A stretch of DNA of 51,433 bases from Anaerolineales bacterium (GCA_039680625.1 JBDKSN010000049.1:1-51433); one strand, 5' to 3'. Positions 1-10,171 are shown, counted from the stretch's first letter. A program made the numbers and translations. The notes: generated by a model not told the origin, from the sequence alone.

Positions 1-474
1 GATCTGACGCCATTCCTTGCGGGCCCTCGCCGGAGGATTGCTGTCGGGCACGCCCAGGGGCGAACATGCCACAATAGCGAGGTCTTCGGGAATGCCGCAC
101 AGACGGCGCACTTCTTGCGGGTCAAAAGCCCCGATCCAGCATGTGCCATAGCCCAAGGAGTGCGCGGCCAGGACGATGTTCTCCAGAGCGATGGCCACGT
201 CGACCTGGTACCACTTGGCGCTGACCTGGGGCAAGCCGCAGGCCACCAAGATGTAGGCTGCGTCGGCCATCCACATCTGACCATTGCAGGCCTGGGCCAC
301 GCGCTGCCTGAGTTCCGCGTCGCCTACGACGACGATGTGCCATGGCTGGCGGTTGGCTGCGGAGGGGGCCTGGCGCCCCGCCTCGAGGATGGTTCGCAGG
401 TCGTCCTCGGGGATGGCCGCTGGTTTGAAGCGGCGAATGCTTCGGCGAGTCATGATAGTGTCGATCGTTTCCAT
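1..474 (-). CDS. nitroreductase family protein (C-terminus runs off the window edge)
   Basis: Absent from the ORF track because it is open at the window edge. Reverse translation from the ATG at 474 gives METIDTIMTRRSIRRFKPAAIPEDDLRTILEAGRQAPSAANRQPWHIVVV...GYGTCWIGAF. These are the classic nitroreductase RRSIR.F and S..N.QPW motifs. Confidence 0.85.
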   Translation of the reverse strand, partial: METIDTIMTRRSIRRFKPAAIPEDDLRTILEAGRQAPSAANRQPWHIVVVGDAELRQRVAQACNGQMWMADAAYILVACGLPQVSAKWYQVDVAIALENIVLAAHSLGYGTCWIGAFDPQEVRRLCGIPEDLAIVACSPLGVPDSNPPARARKEWRQI

Positions 475-519
475 AAGCCCCCCATTTCACTGTGGAATAA
501 GAATACTTCAGGTCGCTGT

Positions 520-1722
520 TTATGTCGAGCCATTGGCCGCTGCCGCGCCGGCTAATGCGCCAGAGGTCCAGGCCCACTGCAGATTGTAGCCGCCACAGGG
601 GCCGACCACATCCAGCACTTCGCCACAGAAGTATAGGCCGGACAATAACCGCGAGGCCATTGTGGTAGGGGCAATCTCGGTGATGGGCACGCCGCCACTC
701 GAGAGCTGAGCCTCTTGGAGGCCACGGGTGCCGGTGACGTTGGCTTCGAGCTGGCCAAAGTGGCCGGTGGCATCGGCAGTACCTAGCTCGCCCGCCAGGA
801 TGTCAGCGGGCAGGCCGCTCAAGCCGGGCAACGCACGAGCGAGCTTGATGGGCAGTAGCGCGGCCAGAGCCAGAAAGAGGCTGGCATTCGGGTGGATGGC
901 GACTATCTCGTGTAGCAGCTCACGACGCCCAGCGAGCACATCGACGCGCAGAGTCAACGCCCTGTCGAGATGCCGATGTACGAGATGGCCGAGATCCATG
1001 GCCGCAGGCCCGCTAAAGCCATATTGGGTGAACATCACATTGCCATAGGTATCGCCGAGACACTCTCCCCCTGCCCAGAGCGACACCTGGGCGTCGAGGC
1101 GCACACCCTGCAGGTTGTGGAAGCTGCGGACATCGGCGGTGATCGGTGCCAGCGCGGGTTGGGCGGGCAGCACGGTGTGCCCCAGGCGCTGCAACACGGG
1201 CCACAGCTCGCCTTTGGATCCCAACGCTGGATAGGCCGCGCCACCGCAGGCAACGATCACGCGGTCGGTGGACACCCACTTCTCTGGGCCGCCCAGGGCC
1301 AGCTCCCAGCCCGAACCCCGGGGGCGTAGGTCAGCCACCTTGGTCTGGAGGCAAAGGATCACCCCCAGCTCGGCGAGCCGGGCGGCCAGGATCTCGGCCA
1401 CAGCAGCTGCTGACTCGGATAGGGGATAGCACCAGCCGTCGGGCGTGGCAAAGGTGGGGATCCCCAGTCGCCGAAAGCAGTCACGCGTCTGGGGGACGCC
1501 GAACGCCTGCAGGGCCACCGAGATTGCTGCCTGATCGGCGCAGGCGTAGCGTGAGGCATGGGCCTGCAGGTTGCTGAGGTTGCAGCGGCCATTGCCGGTG
1601 ATGAGCAGCTTGCGCCCTACCCTGGCGTTGGTATCGTACAGGGTAACGCGCGCGCCACCCTGGGCCGCGAGGATTGCGGCCAGGATGCCCGAGGCGCCGG
1701 CGCCGATGATGGTGATGTTCAC
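520..1722 (-). CDS. HI0933/YhiN-like NAD(P)/FAD-dependent flavoprotein
   Basis: Contains VNITIIGAGASGILAA (Rossmann GxGxxG) and LLITGNGRCNLSN, typical of the HI0933 family. Start moved to the GTG at 1722, which has GGAGG 7 nt upstream. Confidence 0.75.
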   Translation of the reverse strand: MNITIIGAGASGILAAILAAQGGARVTLYDTNARVGRKLLITGNGRCNLSNLQAHASRYACADQAAISVALQAFGVPQTRDCFRRLGIPTFATPDGWCYPLSESAAAVAEILAARLAELGVILCLQTKVADLRPRGSGWELALGGPEKWVSTDRVIVACGGAAYPALGSKGELWPVLQRLGHTVLPAQPALAPITADVRSFHNLQGVRLDAQVSLWAGGECLGDTYGNVMFTQYGFSGPAAMDLGHLVHRHLDRALTLRVDVLAGRRELLHEIVAIHPNASLFLALAALLPIKLARALPGLSGLPADILAGELGTADATGHFGQLEANVTGTRGLQEAQLSSGGVPITEIAPTTMASRLLSGLYFCGEVLDVVGPCGGYNLQWAWTSGALAGAAAANGST

Positions 1723-1800
1723 CCATTCACCTCCAGCGGGGCAACCCACGCTGCCGCGCGGACAGGGCAGGGATGTCTGGATGGCAGGTGAACATCGCGT

Positions 1801-3420
1801 CTAGCCGCGGTCGGCCCGCGTCAAGAGCGCTTTTCTGAGCGCCAGCCGCCAGTCGCGCCGCTTGGGAAACTGCTCAAAGCTCACGATCTCGGCGAGCAGG
1901 GGGTCTTCGCGGTCGATGCCCAGCGTCTGCAAGAGCCGGTAGTCTTGCAGGCTCTCGCCCACCACCTCCCAACGCACCGAGTCGATCGGGCCATCTGGGC
2001 CAGGATAGACCTGAAAGGTGTCGCCATACGCCCAACCGCCGCGATCCGAGGCCAACCCGTCTTGTTCGCAGAAGGGGTCGATCAAATGGCGCGTCTGTGA
2101 CTCGTACCAGTAGTTGTAGCCCCAGTGCAAAAAGCCCTGGAACGGCCAGCGATAGAAGAGCAGGCCGTGCATGGCGATCTTGGGCAGGGGCGTGTCGAGC
2201 AGGCGCTGGATAAAGGCGCCGCGTGGCCCGCAACAGTAGTAGCAATAGGCGGGGATGCCCTCCCGCACGAAATCTAGCGCCGTCTCGGTCGAAGGAATGG
2301 GCATATCGACCACGCCCTCGCGCCCAAAGCGGATGTCGGTCAACGCGTCCATGGTGCGTATCCAAGGCGCTAGCTCGCGAATCATCTCGCGCGCGAGACG
2401 ATATTGGGTGATCTGGTCACCGTGCGGCTCATCCGAGATATGGAAGAGCGAGCGGTCCAAGATGCCCTCTTCTTCCAGGAAGGCTTTAAACTGCGGCAGG
2501 TACTGAGCGAGAAAGCGCCGGTAGGGCTCGCCGGTGGCCGGCGTGTCTGCTGGCCAAAGCAGCCGCTCATCGCGGCCCTGCCCCTCATAGATCCGCAGCG
2601 CAAATTGAGCGCCCCATTGCCCGAAAAAGTGCGCCCACTCAAAGTGATCCAGGCCGACCTCAATGGCGAGGCGGACGTAACGGCGGACATCGCTCCAGTC
2701 GAAACGATATTCGCCGGGCGCGACGGTCTCGACGCGCACCAGCTGCGTGGGAGTCTTGACGCCATCCATCGGCACGGTAAAGTGCGGCACGAGGATCGTA
2801 TTCTGTTCGTGGGCGACCATGTCTTGCATGTAGGCCCGAGTGAGCGACCAGAAGCGCTCGTCAAAGCCGTCAGTACGATACCAATCCAAAAGGCCATCGG
2901 CCGAGAACTGGTGGGTGATGTTAAAGCCTCGGCGAGGCTCCAGGCGGAGATTGTGCAAGGTCACGATCAGGCGATGGGTGGCCAGAGTGTCGCCGATAGG
3001 GCCGTGAGCCGTCACGTCGATGGCATAGTCGCCCACACGAGCACCCTCCGGCGGCGTGACGCTGATCCAGAAGGCGTGCGTCTCGCCATTGCGGAGCATG
3101 ACCGCATCCTCGTCGAACAGCGGATCAGGCACATAGCCGGGCACCTGGTCCAACCCGTCGGTCTCTAGCGGGTCTCGCAGTACTGGCGTGTTCAGGTGTC
3201 GCACCGGCACATAGCCCACCCGACGTACGCGCACCCCCCAGCCTTCGGGGCCGGTGGCCTGGACGATGACCGGCTGGCGCTCCGTGTCTGGGTCGCGCAT
3301 GACGAGTTGAAAACTGCCGCGCTCATTCAGGGCCAGGTCGAGCCGGGGATCGTCGCTAGAACGGCGCGTATCGCGCGGATAGTAGCGCTCGAGCGTGGCC
3401 AACCATGATTGCAGTGCCAT
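1801..3420 (-). CDS. DUF4091 domain protein (GH123-like putative glycoside hydrolase), no signal peptide
   Basis: C-terminal WGYNYWYES...GDTFQVYPGPDGPIDSVRWEVVGESLQDYRLLQ matches my memory of the DUF4091 signature. GGAGG lies 6 nt upstream of the ATG. Confidence 0.6.
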   Translation of the reverse strand: MALQSWLATLERYYPRDTRRSSDDPRLDLALNERGSFQLVMRDPDTERQPVIVQATGPEGWGVRVRRVGYVPVRHLNTPVLRDPLETDGLDQVPGYVPDPLFDEDAVMLRNGETHAFWISVTPPEGARVGDYAIDVTAHGPIGDTLATHRLIVTLHNLRLEPRRGFNITHQFSADGLLDWYRTDGFDERFWSLTRAYMQDMVAHEQNTILVPHFTVPMDGVKTPTQLVRVETVAPGEYRFDWSDVRRYVRLAIEVGLDHFEWAHFFGQWGAQFALRIYEGQGRDERLLWPADTPATGEPYRRFLAQYLPQFKAFLEEEGILDRSLFHISDEPHGDQITQYRLAREMIRELAPWIRTMDALTDIRFGREGVVDMPIPSTETALDFVREGIPAYCYYCCGPRGAFIQRLLDTPLPKIAMHGLLFYRWPFQGFLHWGYNYWYESQTRHLIDPFCEQDGLASDRGGWAYGDTFQVYPGPDGPIDSVRWEVVGESLQDYRLLQTLGIDREDPLLAEIVSFEQFPKRRDWRLALRKALLTRADRG

Positions 3421-3508
3421 CGTGCACCTCCTTGGTCGGGGGGAAACAGGTCTTGGAATCTTGCCTCAGATGCACCGGGCGCCGATGCGCCAATGAGTCG
3501 TAGCTGGC

Positions 3509-3538
3509 ATGATAGAGTTGCTTGCTTGACTCGTCAAG
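3509..3538 (-). promoter_or_regulatory. sigma70-like promoter for the DUF4091 gene, with an inverted repeat over the -35
   Basis: The minus strand reads TTGACG (3537-3532), a 17-nt spacer, then TATCAT (3514-3509). The arms CTTGAC/GTCAAG (3525-3538, 2-nt spacer) overlap the -35 element. Confidence 0.4.
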
Positions 3539-3580
3539 GTTTGGCTTGGCAGCGAAATGTGTGTTGGCGACGGGCGCGGG

Positions 3581-6409
3581 TCAGTCTTCCGTAACCTGAA
3601 CGAGGAGCGATACTGCCGCCTCGGCGATGGGAGTGCCCTCCTGCTCTACCGATTCGCGCTGGCCAGATACCGGGTCATACAGGCCGATCAGCAGCCTATA
3701 GGCTCCAGCCGATATGCCTTGAGGGATAGACAGTGTGATCGTGTCGGTGACGACCTCGCCGGGCAGCCAGTCTGTGGTGGGACAGCTCCCCGCCAAGGGA
3801 ACGCCATCGTACTGGGTGACGATCTGCCCATTGGCATTGACCAAGTGTACAAAGGTGCTCAGGCTCTGGCTGGTCTTGGCCTTGGCCTGCCAGGTCAGCG
3901 ATAAGGCCAGATCCTCACCAGCCTTGGCCTGAATCTGCCCCTCAGTGAAACTCGTCGAAGATAGCCCGGCCAGCCGCACCCAGCCGCCGAGCCGGGCATC
4001 GAGCTCGATATCCACCCTGGGCAACGCCCACACGCGCTGCGAGGAGCGCACCGAGACGGGGCCCAGGTCTACAGCATGGCCATCCGTTTGGTCGACTAGT
4101 TGAAGGCTGTAGTCTCCCGGGGCGATGCCAGAGACGAGCAACGTGCTGGCGAGCACAACACGCTCGACCTCGGCCCAGCCCGAGACCTGAGGGCATACAA
4201 AAGTGCCGACCGTCTCGGAGAGGCCTGTGCTAGCTGAAACCAGCTGTAGGCGCCACTCACCGCCGGTCAACGCGGCTCTGCCGTCGACCACGAGAGCAGC
4301 TACCATCGGCTCGAGCAACTCGATCTGCGCAGGCAGTCGCACTGCGAGAACATCGCCCGCCGCGATGGGTGTGACTGCACCGGTGAGGGCATCAGCAGAG
4401 GTTGGCACCGCGCCACCGAAAGGAAAAGCGCCGAGTCGGGCTGAGGCGATGGCCGCGTGTGAGGCGCCGGCCTGGGCGCCAGAGAGTCGATACAGGCCAA
4501 CGTCTAGGTGGTACTCGCCCGCCGGCATGATCGTCGGCAACGGCACCGGGTAGTAGTCAAGGAGCAGGTCGCCAACGCGCCATTCACTGACCTCATAGCT
4601 ACCGGCGCCCGGCTCCTGGTCGACTTGGGCCACCTTGACTCCGTCGCTATCGATGAGGTGCACATAGGCGGTAAGGTCTCTATCCAGCGGGGCCACGCAT
4701 TCCCAAAGCAGGGTGACGACGAGACGGCCGTCGGCCTCGGGCTGGTCAGCCACGCGCCAGCCACGGAGCTTGATGGCGTCACCGAACGCCAGGTCGGTTG
4801 GGTGAAGGTTGCCCGGGACCGCTTTTGCCGGCTCGATGCCAGGCCTTCGTGCGGCGGCGAGGCGCTGCTCGGGGATAGTCAAGACGTAGAGCAGGTCGCG
4901 CCCCTGAGCATCATGGACGGTGGTGAGCTCTCCCCAATCGGTCCATGTCGGGAATAGCGCCTCAGCAATGGCCTTCTGCTCCGGAGGAAAGGCATAGAGC
5001 GCGCCCTTGCCCTCTGCTTGGGGGAGCACCATCGCGGCCTCAGGATTGAGGCTGCGCAGATCGATGTCGCGCGTCAATACCTGCATGGTAGCGTGTTGGC
5101 TCCACAGCTCGGCCAGGAATACTGTGTGTGAGGTGGCCGCCGACGATTGAATCGCAGCCGCCTCAACCTGGTCTGTATCGTCTTCGCCCAGCGAGCGAGC
5201 AGCTGTGGCTAAGCGTACGAAATAGTCATAGCTGGTCAGGCCGCCGCTCAGGGTGAGCACCCCCGCCAGGGCGGCCATCGCGGCCGCGTGGCCGAGGCGT
5301 CGCTCGGCCTGGCTGGCGAGCCAGTCGAGCCCCAGGGCAGCGATGATGACGAACACCGGCAGCGCGCCGATCATCCGCGAAAAGTTCGGCGCCATATCGG
5401 TGATGACGGAAACCGCGATCAGCGTCACGGACCAGGCCAGGAGCAGGGCACTAGACAGGCGCTCGGTGCGCGAGCCCTCGCCCAAGCCGCGCAGCACCAG
5501 CACCACGCCCAACAGAAAGGCTAGCCCTATGGGGAGGTCGAAAACAGGCCGGCCGGGCCAGTTGTGGATCCACGCAGTGTCACCGCGCACGTTGAACATC
5601 AGCAGCACGCGCCACGCGTTCTGAGCAAGCGCGACGAGGGTGTCGATCCAATCGCCTGGATCGATCATGCTCACGTCGCTAGCGTGGGCATAGAATTGCA
5701 AAGGGTGTTGATAAAAGTACCCAGCGAGTGGCGCAAAGAGCACGAGCGCGGTGGTCCCCGTCAAAGCGATGCCCTTGGCAACGGCACGCTTGTGTTCGCG
5801 ATGGGCCGGCATGGTGAGGGCGAGCCAAAGCAGGAGGACTAGGGGCAACAAGCGGCCAACGGGGTGGGTCCAGACGCTGGCGGCCGCCCACACTCCGCTC
5901 AGGATGAACTGCCTCGGGCGGCCCTCATTCAAGCCGCGCCAAAAAGCGAGCAGGCTCAGCAGGTACCACAGGGGCATGAGGATCGAGCGAATGCCATACC
6001 GTGAAAAGTGCAGGTGCCAGTAAGAGAGTGCTAGCAGCACCCCAGCAAGGACTGCCAATTGGCGGCGGTCTGGCCAGATACGGCGGACAAAGACATACAG
6101 CGCTACGACGGTGACGGTGCCGACGAGGGCGGAAGCCACCCGCCCGGCCTGGGCAGTAGGTCCAAGCAGGGCCACCCAAGGCGCTTGCAGATAGGTGTAG
6201 AGCACCTCGCGTCCGCCGTTGGCGGGCAGAAACAGGCTGTGTTGGCCAGCCAGCACGTCGAGGGCATCGAGGATGTTGTAGGCCTCATCGAACTGAAAGC
6301 CAGGGGGCACGCGGTCGAGCGCCGGCAGGCGCAACAGCGCTGCAAGGACGGTCAGGAGCAGCATCCAAAGCACATCCCGACGATCCGGGAACCTCTTGGC
6401 CGGTGGCAT
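3581..6409 (-). CDS. GT39 (ArnT/PMT-like) membrane glycosyltransferase with a large C-terminal extracytoplasmic region
   Basis: The N-terminal half is polytopic, with FDEAYNILDALDVLAGQHSLFLPANGGREVLYTYLQAP (GT39-like first loop). The C-terminal ~470 aa is soluble and contains two related modules. Start moved to the ATG at 6409 (MPPAKRFPDRR...). Confidence 0.7.
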   Translation of the reverse strand: MPPAKRFPDRRDVLWMLLLTVLAALLRLPALDRVPPGFQFDEAYNILDALDVLAGQHSLFLPANGGREVLYTYLQAPWVALLGPTAQAGRVASALVGTVTVVALYVFVRRIWPDRRQLAVLAGVLLALSYWHLHFSRYGIRSILMPLWYLLSLLAFWRGLNEGRPRQFILSGVWAAASVWTHPVGRLLPLVLLLWLALTMPAHREHKRAVAKGIALTGTTALVLFAPLAGYFYQHPLQFYAHASDVSMIDPGDWIDTLVALAQNAWRVLLMFNVRGDTAWIHNWPGRPVFDLPIGLAFLLGVVLVLRGLGEGSRTERLSSALLLAWSVTLIAVSVITDMAPNFSRMIGALPVFVIIAALGLDWLASQAERRLGHAAAMAALAGVLTLSGGLTSYDYFVRLATAARSLGEDDTDQVEAAAIQSSAATSHTVFLAELWSQHATMQVLTRDIDLRSLNPEAAMVLPQAEGKGALYAFPPEQKAIAEALFPTWTDWGELTTVHDAQGRDLLYVLTIPEQRLAAARRPGIEPAKAVPGNLHPTDLAFGDAIKLRGWRVADQPEADGRLVVTLLWECVAPLDRDLTAYVHLIDSDGVKVAQVDQEPGAGSYEVSEWRVGDLLLDYYPVPLPTIMPAGEYHLDVGLYRLSGAQAGASHAAIASARLGAFPFGGAVPTSADALTGAVTPIAAGDVLAVRLPAQIELLEPMVAALVVDGRAALTGGEWRLQLVSASTGLSETVGTFVCPQVSGWAEVERVVLASTLLVSGIAPGDYSLQLVDQTDGHAVDLGPVSVRSSQRVWALPRVDIELDARLGGWVRLAGLSSTSFTEGQIQAKAGEDLALSLTWQAKAKTSQSLSTFVHLVNANGQIVTQYDGVPLAGSCPTTDWLPGEVVTDTITLSIPQGISAGAYRLLIGLYDPVSGQRESVEQEGTPIAEAAVSLLVQVTED

Positions 6410-6432
6410 CACGTCGTGTACCTCTGACACAC

Positions 6433-6460
6433 AGTATAGGCAGGTACTAGGTGAGCCCAA
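6433..6460 (-). promoter_or_regulatory. candidate promoter for the GT39 gene
   Basis: The minus strand reads TTGGGC (6460-6455), a 16-nt spacer, then TATACT (6438-6433), about 25 nt upstream of the ATG at 6409. Confidence 0.3.
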
Positions 6461-6480
6461 CTGGTGAACTCCCGATGTGA

Positions 6481-6509
6481 TTGACACCCCTCGATCACCC
6501 GCCTATAAC
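6481..6509 (+). promoter_or_regulatory. near-consensus sigma70 promoter for the UroD-like gene
   Basis: TTGACA (6481-6486), a 17-nt spacer, then TATAAC (6504-6509). The TTG used as a start in the ORF track is therefore more likely the -35 box. Confidence 0.5.
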
Positions 6510-6582
6510 GAACACCACAGACGTCCCGCCACGAACGTATCGGTTGTCTCGCCATGTGCAGCTAACTTCCCCTGGAGGGCCG

Positions 6583-7728
6583 ATGGAAGCACGAGAGAGG
6601 TTGGTCACCGCGTATGACCGCGGCATTCCTGACCGGCTGCCTGTTACGACGCATCATGTCATGGACTATTTCCTGCAACGCTACTTGGGCGGCATGTCGG
6701 TGCCGGCCTTCTTCGACCACTTTGGGCTGGACCCGATTCGCTGGATCGGCCCAGTGACCTGTAACCCCGAGGCAGGCGAAGAGCTATTGGAGGGCAACCC
6801 GCTCGAGTTCCGCAACATCAGCGGCCCACAATGGCGTGTTACCAGCGAGGAACTGCCGCACCCTCAGTATCGCACTGTGCGCCATACCGTGAACACGCCG
6901 CGCGGGCAGCTCAGCATGGTCATCCAGTCCAATGAGTATACCGGCTGGGTCATCGAGCGGCTGGTCAAGCAAAAGAGCGACATCGAGCTCATCGCCGAGT
7001 ACATGCCCACGCCGCGCTGCGATGTGGCTGTGGTCAACCGCATCTCGCGTGAAGAGGGCGGACGGTCTCTGGTGCGCAGCAGCTTGTTGGCCTTTGACTT
7101 TTCGGGGCAGCCGGGAACCTGGCAGGATGCAGCGGTGCTCTATGGCATCGAGAACCTCATCTATGCGACCTATGACGATCCCGCCGGGGTGCATGCTATC
7201 CTGGGCGTCCTGCATCGCCGCAAGATGGCCTATGCCCAGAGCCTGGCCGGCGCAGAGTACGACGTGCTCGAGTTGGGCGGCGGCGATGCCTCGTCTACGG
7301 TGATCTCGCCGCGCCTGTTCGACCAATTCGTGGCGCCCTATGACCGCGAGCTGATCCGAGTGGCGCACGAGGCGGGGCAACGTATCGTCTATCACACGTG
7401 TGGCGGCATGATGCCTTTTCTCGAACGTATCGCGGACATGGGCCCCGACGCGATGGAGACCTTTACGCCGGAGGGCATGGGCGGCGATGTCGACTTGGCC
7501 GAGGCCAAGAGGCGCATTGGGCATCGCGTGTGTATGGTCGGCGGCTTTGACCAATTTCACTTCTTCCAGGGTTGCACGCCTGCGGAGACTCGCGCTGAGG
7601 TGCGTCGCTGTTTTGCGGCCGCCGGCGCGGGCGGCGGATTCATCCTCTCGCCGTCGGATCACTTTTTCGACGCCGACCCTGAGCTGATCATGGCCTTTGC
7701 CGACGAGGCGCGGCATTGCCTCTACTGA
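6583..7728 (+). CDS. uroporphyrinogen decarboxylase (URO-D/MtaA-like) family protein
   Basis: RIVYHTCGGMMPFLERIADMGPDAMETF and VCMVGGFDQ resemble the URO-D/methyltransferase fold. The ATG at 6583 has GGAGGG 3 nt upstream (sequence GGAGGGCCGATG). Confidence 0.6.
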   Translation: MEARERLVTAYDRGIPDRLPVTTHHVMDYFLQRYLGGMSVPAFFDHFGLDPIRWIGPVTCNPEAGEELLEGNPLEFRNISGPQWRVTSEELPHPQYRTVRHTVNTPRGQLSMVIQSNEYTGWVIERLVKQKSDIELIAEYMPTPRCDVAVVNRISREEGGRSLVRSSLLAFDFSGQPGTWQDAAVLYGIENLIYATYDDPAGVHAILGVLHRRKMAYAQSLAGAEYDVLELGGGDASSTVISPRLFDQFVAPYDRELIRVAHEAGQRIVYHTCGGMMPFLERIADMGPDAMETFTPEGMGGDVDLAEAKRRIGHRVCMVGGFDQFHFFQGCTPAETRAEVRRCFAAAGAGGGFILSPSDHFFDADPELIMAFADEARHCLY

Positions 7729-7963
7729 GACCTGCCCCGGTGATGCTGGGCTGTTCTGGGGCCAACCCCTTCTCACACTCACCGGCTCCAAGGGCAGCGG
7801 GTAGCCACGCAGACATAGGGCTGGTTTCAGGCTGTAGCGTGCAACCCGCCAGGGAGGGGTGCAGGCGCTCCCCAAACCGCGGCGCGGGGACGTGCTTGGC
7901 TCGTCGAGGGCGCCCGCGTGATCCTCTTGGCGAGCCCATGTGAATGGCTATCGGAGTAGAGCG

Positions 7964-10171
7964 ATGAATCGAGATACGCAACAGCGCACCTATGCCCAAG
8001 AGATGTACGATGAGCTGCGCCATCACACCTTGCAGCTGACCAGTCTCTTCCTCGTCATCTTTGGGCAACTTGTCGTTCTGCTCGCCGAGGCACACCGCAG
8101 CGGTGGCGGCATCGCCTTGGCAGGTATGCTGATCAGCCTGGGAGGGCTCCTGGTGTGGGCGACCAACCAGCGCTCGTGGCTGGCCAGCATCTGGCTCACG
8201 GTCCTGCTCTTGACGGCCACGGCCCTGGCCGCGATGTGGCGGGAGCACAGCCTGTACCCGCTGATGCTGCTCTGCTTGCCAGTGGGGTTGCTCGTGATCC
8301 ATGGCGGGTTGTGGTCCGCGCTGGCGGCAGCGATCCCCTTAACGATTCTGGTCTTGGTGGATGGGGCGCAGGCGTCACACCTGAGCGTCTTGATGGCCAT
8401 ATGGGGCGTGCTAGGGCTGACCTGGGTGTCTTTGCACTATGCCAATATGGCGGCCGAATGGTCCTGGTCTAGCTATGCCCGCATGCGCGACTTGCTAGAA
8501 GAGTCGCGTACGCAGCAGGTGTACCTCAAAGAAGTGCAAGAGGACCTGACGCGGGCGAATGCCGAGCTTGCCCGGTTGTCTGATCGCCTACTGGCCATGA
8601 CACGCATTGCCGAAGACGCCCGTCGTGCGAAGGAAGAGTTTGTCGCCAACGTCAGTCACGAGTTGCGCACGCCGCTCAACATGATCATCGGTTTCAGCGA
8701 GATCATCACCGAGAACCCCGACCTCTATGGTCGCGAGCTTCCTCCCGAGCTGCTCGCAGACGTCGAGGTGATCCAGCGCAACAGCCGCCATCTGGCCAGC
8801 CTGGTGGACGACGTGCTCGACCTGAGCCGCGCCGAGGCCGGGCGCATGGCCCTCACTCGTGAGTACGTCGATATCGGGCAAATACTAGAAGAGGCAGTCA
8901 CGGTTGTGCGACCGCTATTCGAGTCCAAACACCTGACCCTCACGCTAGACGTTGCTGCGGACCTGCCGATGGTCTATTGCGACCGCACGCGCATTCGCCA
9001 GGTGGTCATCAATCTGCTCAGCAATGCCGGGCGCTATACCGAACAGGGCGGGGCGAGCGTGAAGGCAGTACAAGAGGGGCAGCAGATCTGCATCACCGTG
9101 ACCGACACCGGCCCGGGCGTGCCCAAAGACGAGCAGGCGCGCATTTTCGAGCCGTTCGAACAGTATGGTGGCGGCACCGTCTTGACCTTGGGAGGTTCTG
9201 GCCTCGGGCTAGCCATCAGTCGACGCTTTATCGAGATGCACGGCGGCAAGATGTGGCTCGAAAGTGAGCCGGGCAAGGGCTCTACCTTCGGGGCGAGCTT
9301 GCCGTTGTCGTTCGACGGCCACAGCAATGTCGAGGGCGCCGTTCGCTGGATCAATCCCTACGAGACGTACGAGCCGCGATCCCGAGCTTGGCGAGCGCCT
9401 GCGCCTGTGGTGCGGCCCAGGTTGGTGGTGCTCGAGCAGGCCGATACCCTGCGTCACATCCTCGAACGCTACGAACCCAATGCCGAGGTGGCGGGGGTCA
9501 GCTCGCTCGAAGAAGCCATACAGGAGCTATCCGCACGGCCAGCGCGGGCACTGCTCATCAACGATGCGCCCGCACCCCACGAGCTACACAGTGCGGTCGC
9601 GGCGCGCGAGTTGCCCTATGGCACGCCCGTCATGCATTGCACCATCCCCGACAAAGTCGAAGCAGCCCAAAAGCTGGGGGCGATCGCCTATCTCCTCAAA
9701 CCGGTCCAGCAAGAAGTCCTCTTTGCCGAGCTAGACCGCCTAGGACGGCCCATTCGCTCAGCGCTGATCGTCGATGACAATCCCGAGGCGTTGCAGCTCT
9801 TTGCGCGCATGCTCGCTGCTCGCGAGACGCCCATCCAGATCTTGCGGGCCAGCAGTGGCGCACGCGCCCTAGCGCTCATGCGCGAGCGGCACCCCGACGT
9901 GGTCTTGCTCGATCTGGTCATGCCCGAGATGGATGGCTTTACCGTGTTGCGCACCTGTCGAGAAGAAGAGTCGCTCCGCGACATTCCGGTAATCGCTATC
10001 TCGGCGCTCGATGCGATGCCGGAAGGCTTTACCACGCCCTTCCTGACGGTGTCACGAGGCGATGGCATCAATTTGCAGGACCTGCTCAAGTGCCTCAGGA
10101 TGCTGGCGGGAGTACTGGCGCCCCCCGATGGCGGTGGCGTTCCAGAGCCTGCAGAAATGCCTGCCGTGTGA
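7964..10171 (+). CDS. hybrid sensor histidine kinase (multi-TM sensor, HisKA, HATPase, receiver-like domain, receiver)
   Basis: H-box FVANVSHELRTPLN. N/G boxes NLLSNAGRYT, DTGPGV and GGSGLGLAISRR. The C-terminal receiver reads LIVDDNPEALQL...VVLLDLVMPEMDG...PVIAISA. About 5-6 hydrophobic helices lie at the N-terminus. Confidence 0.85.
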   Translation: MNRDTQQRTYAQEMYDELRHHTLQLTSLFLVIFGQLVVLLAEAHRSGGGIALAGMLISLGGLLVWATNQRSWLASIWLTVLLLTATALAAMWREHSLYPLMLLCLPVGLLVIHGGLWSALAAAIPLTILVLVDGAQASHLSVLMAIWGVLGLTWVSLHYANMAAEWSWSSYARMRDLLEESRTQQVYLKEVQEDLTRANAELARLSDRLLAMTRIAEDARRAKEEFVANVSHELRTPLNMIIGFSEIITENPDLYGRELPPELLADVEVIQRNSRHLASLVDDVLDLSRAEAGRMALTREYVDIGQILEEAVTVVRPLFESKHLTLTLDVAADLPMVYCDRTRIRQVVINLLSNAGRYTEQGGASVKAVQEGQQICITVTDTGPGVPKDEQARIFEPFEQYGGGTVLTLGGSGLGLAISRRFIEMHGGKMWLESEPGKGSTFGASLPLSFDGHSNVEGAVRWINPYETYEPRSRAWRAPAPVVRPRLVVLEQADTLRHILERYEPNAEVAGVSSLEEAIQELSARPARALLINDAPAPHELHSAVAARELPYGTPVMHCTIPDKVEAAQKLGAIAYLLKPVQQEVLFAELDRLGRPIRSALIVDDNPEALQLFARMLAARETPIQILRASSGARALALMRERHPDVVLLDLVMPEMDGFTVLRTCREEESLRDIPVIAISALDAMPEGFTTPFLTVSRGDGINLQDLLKCLRMLAGVLAPPDGGGVPEPAEMPAV

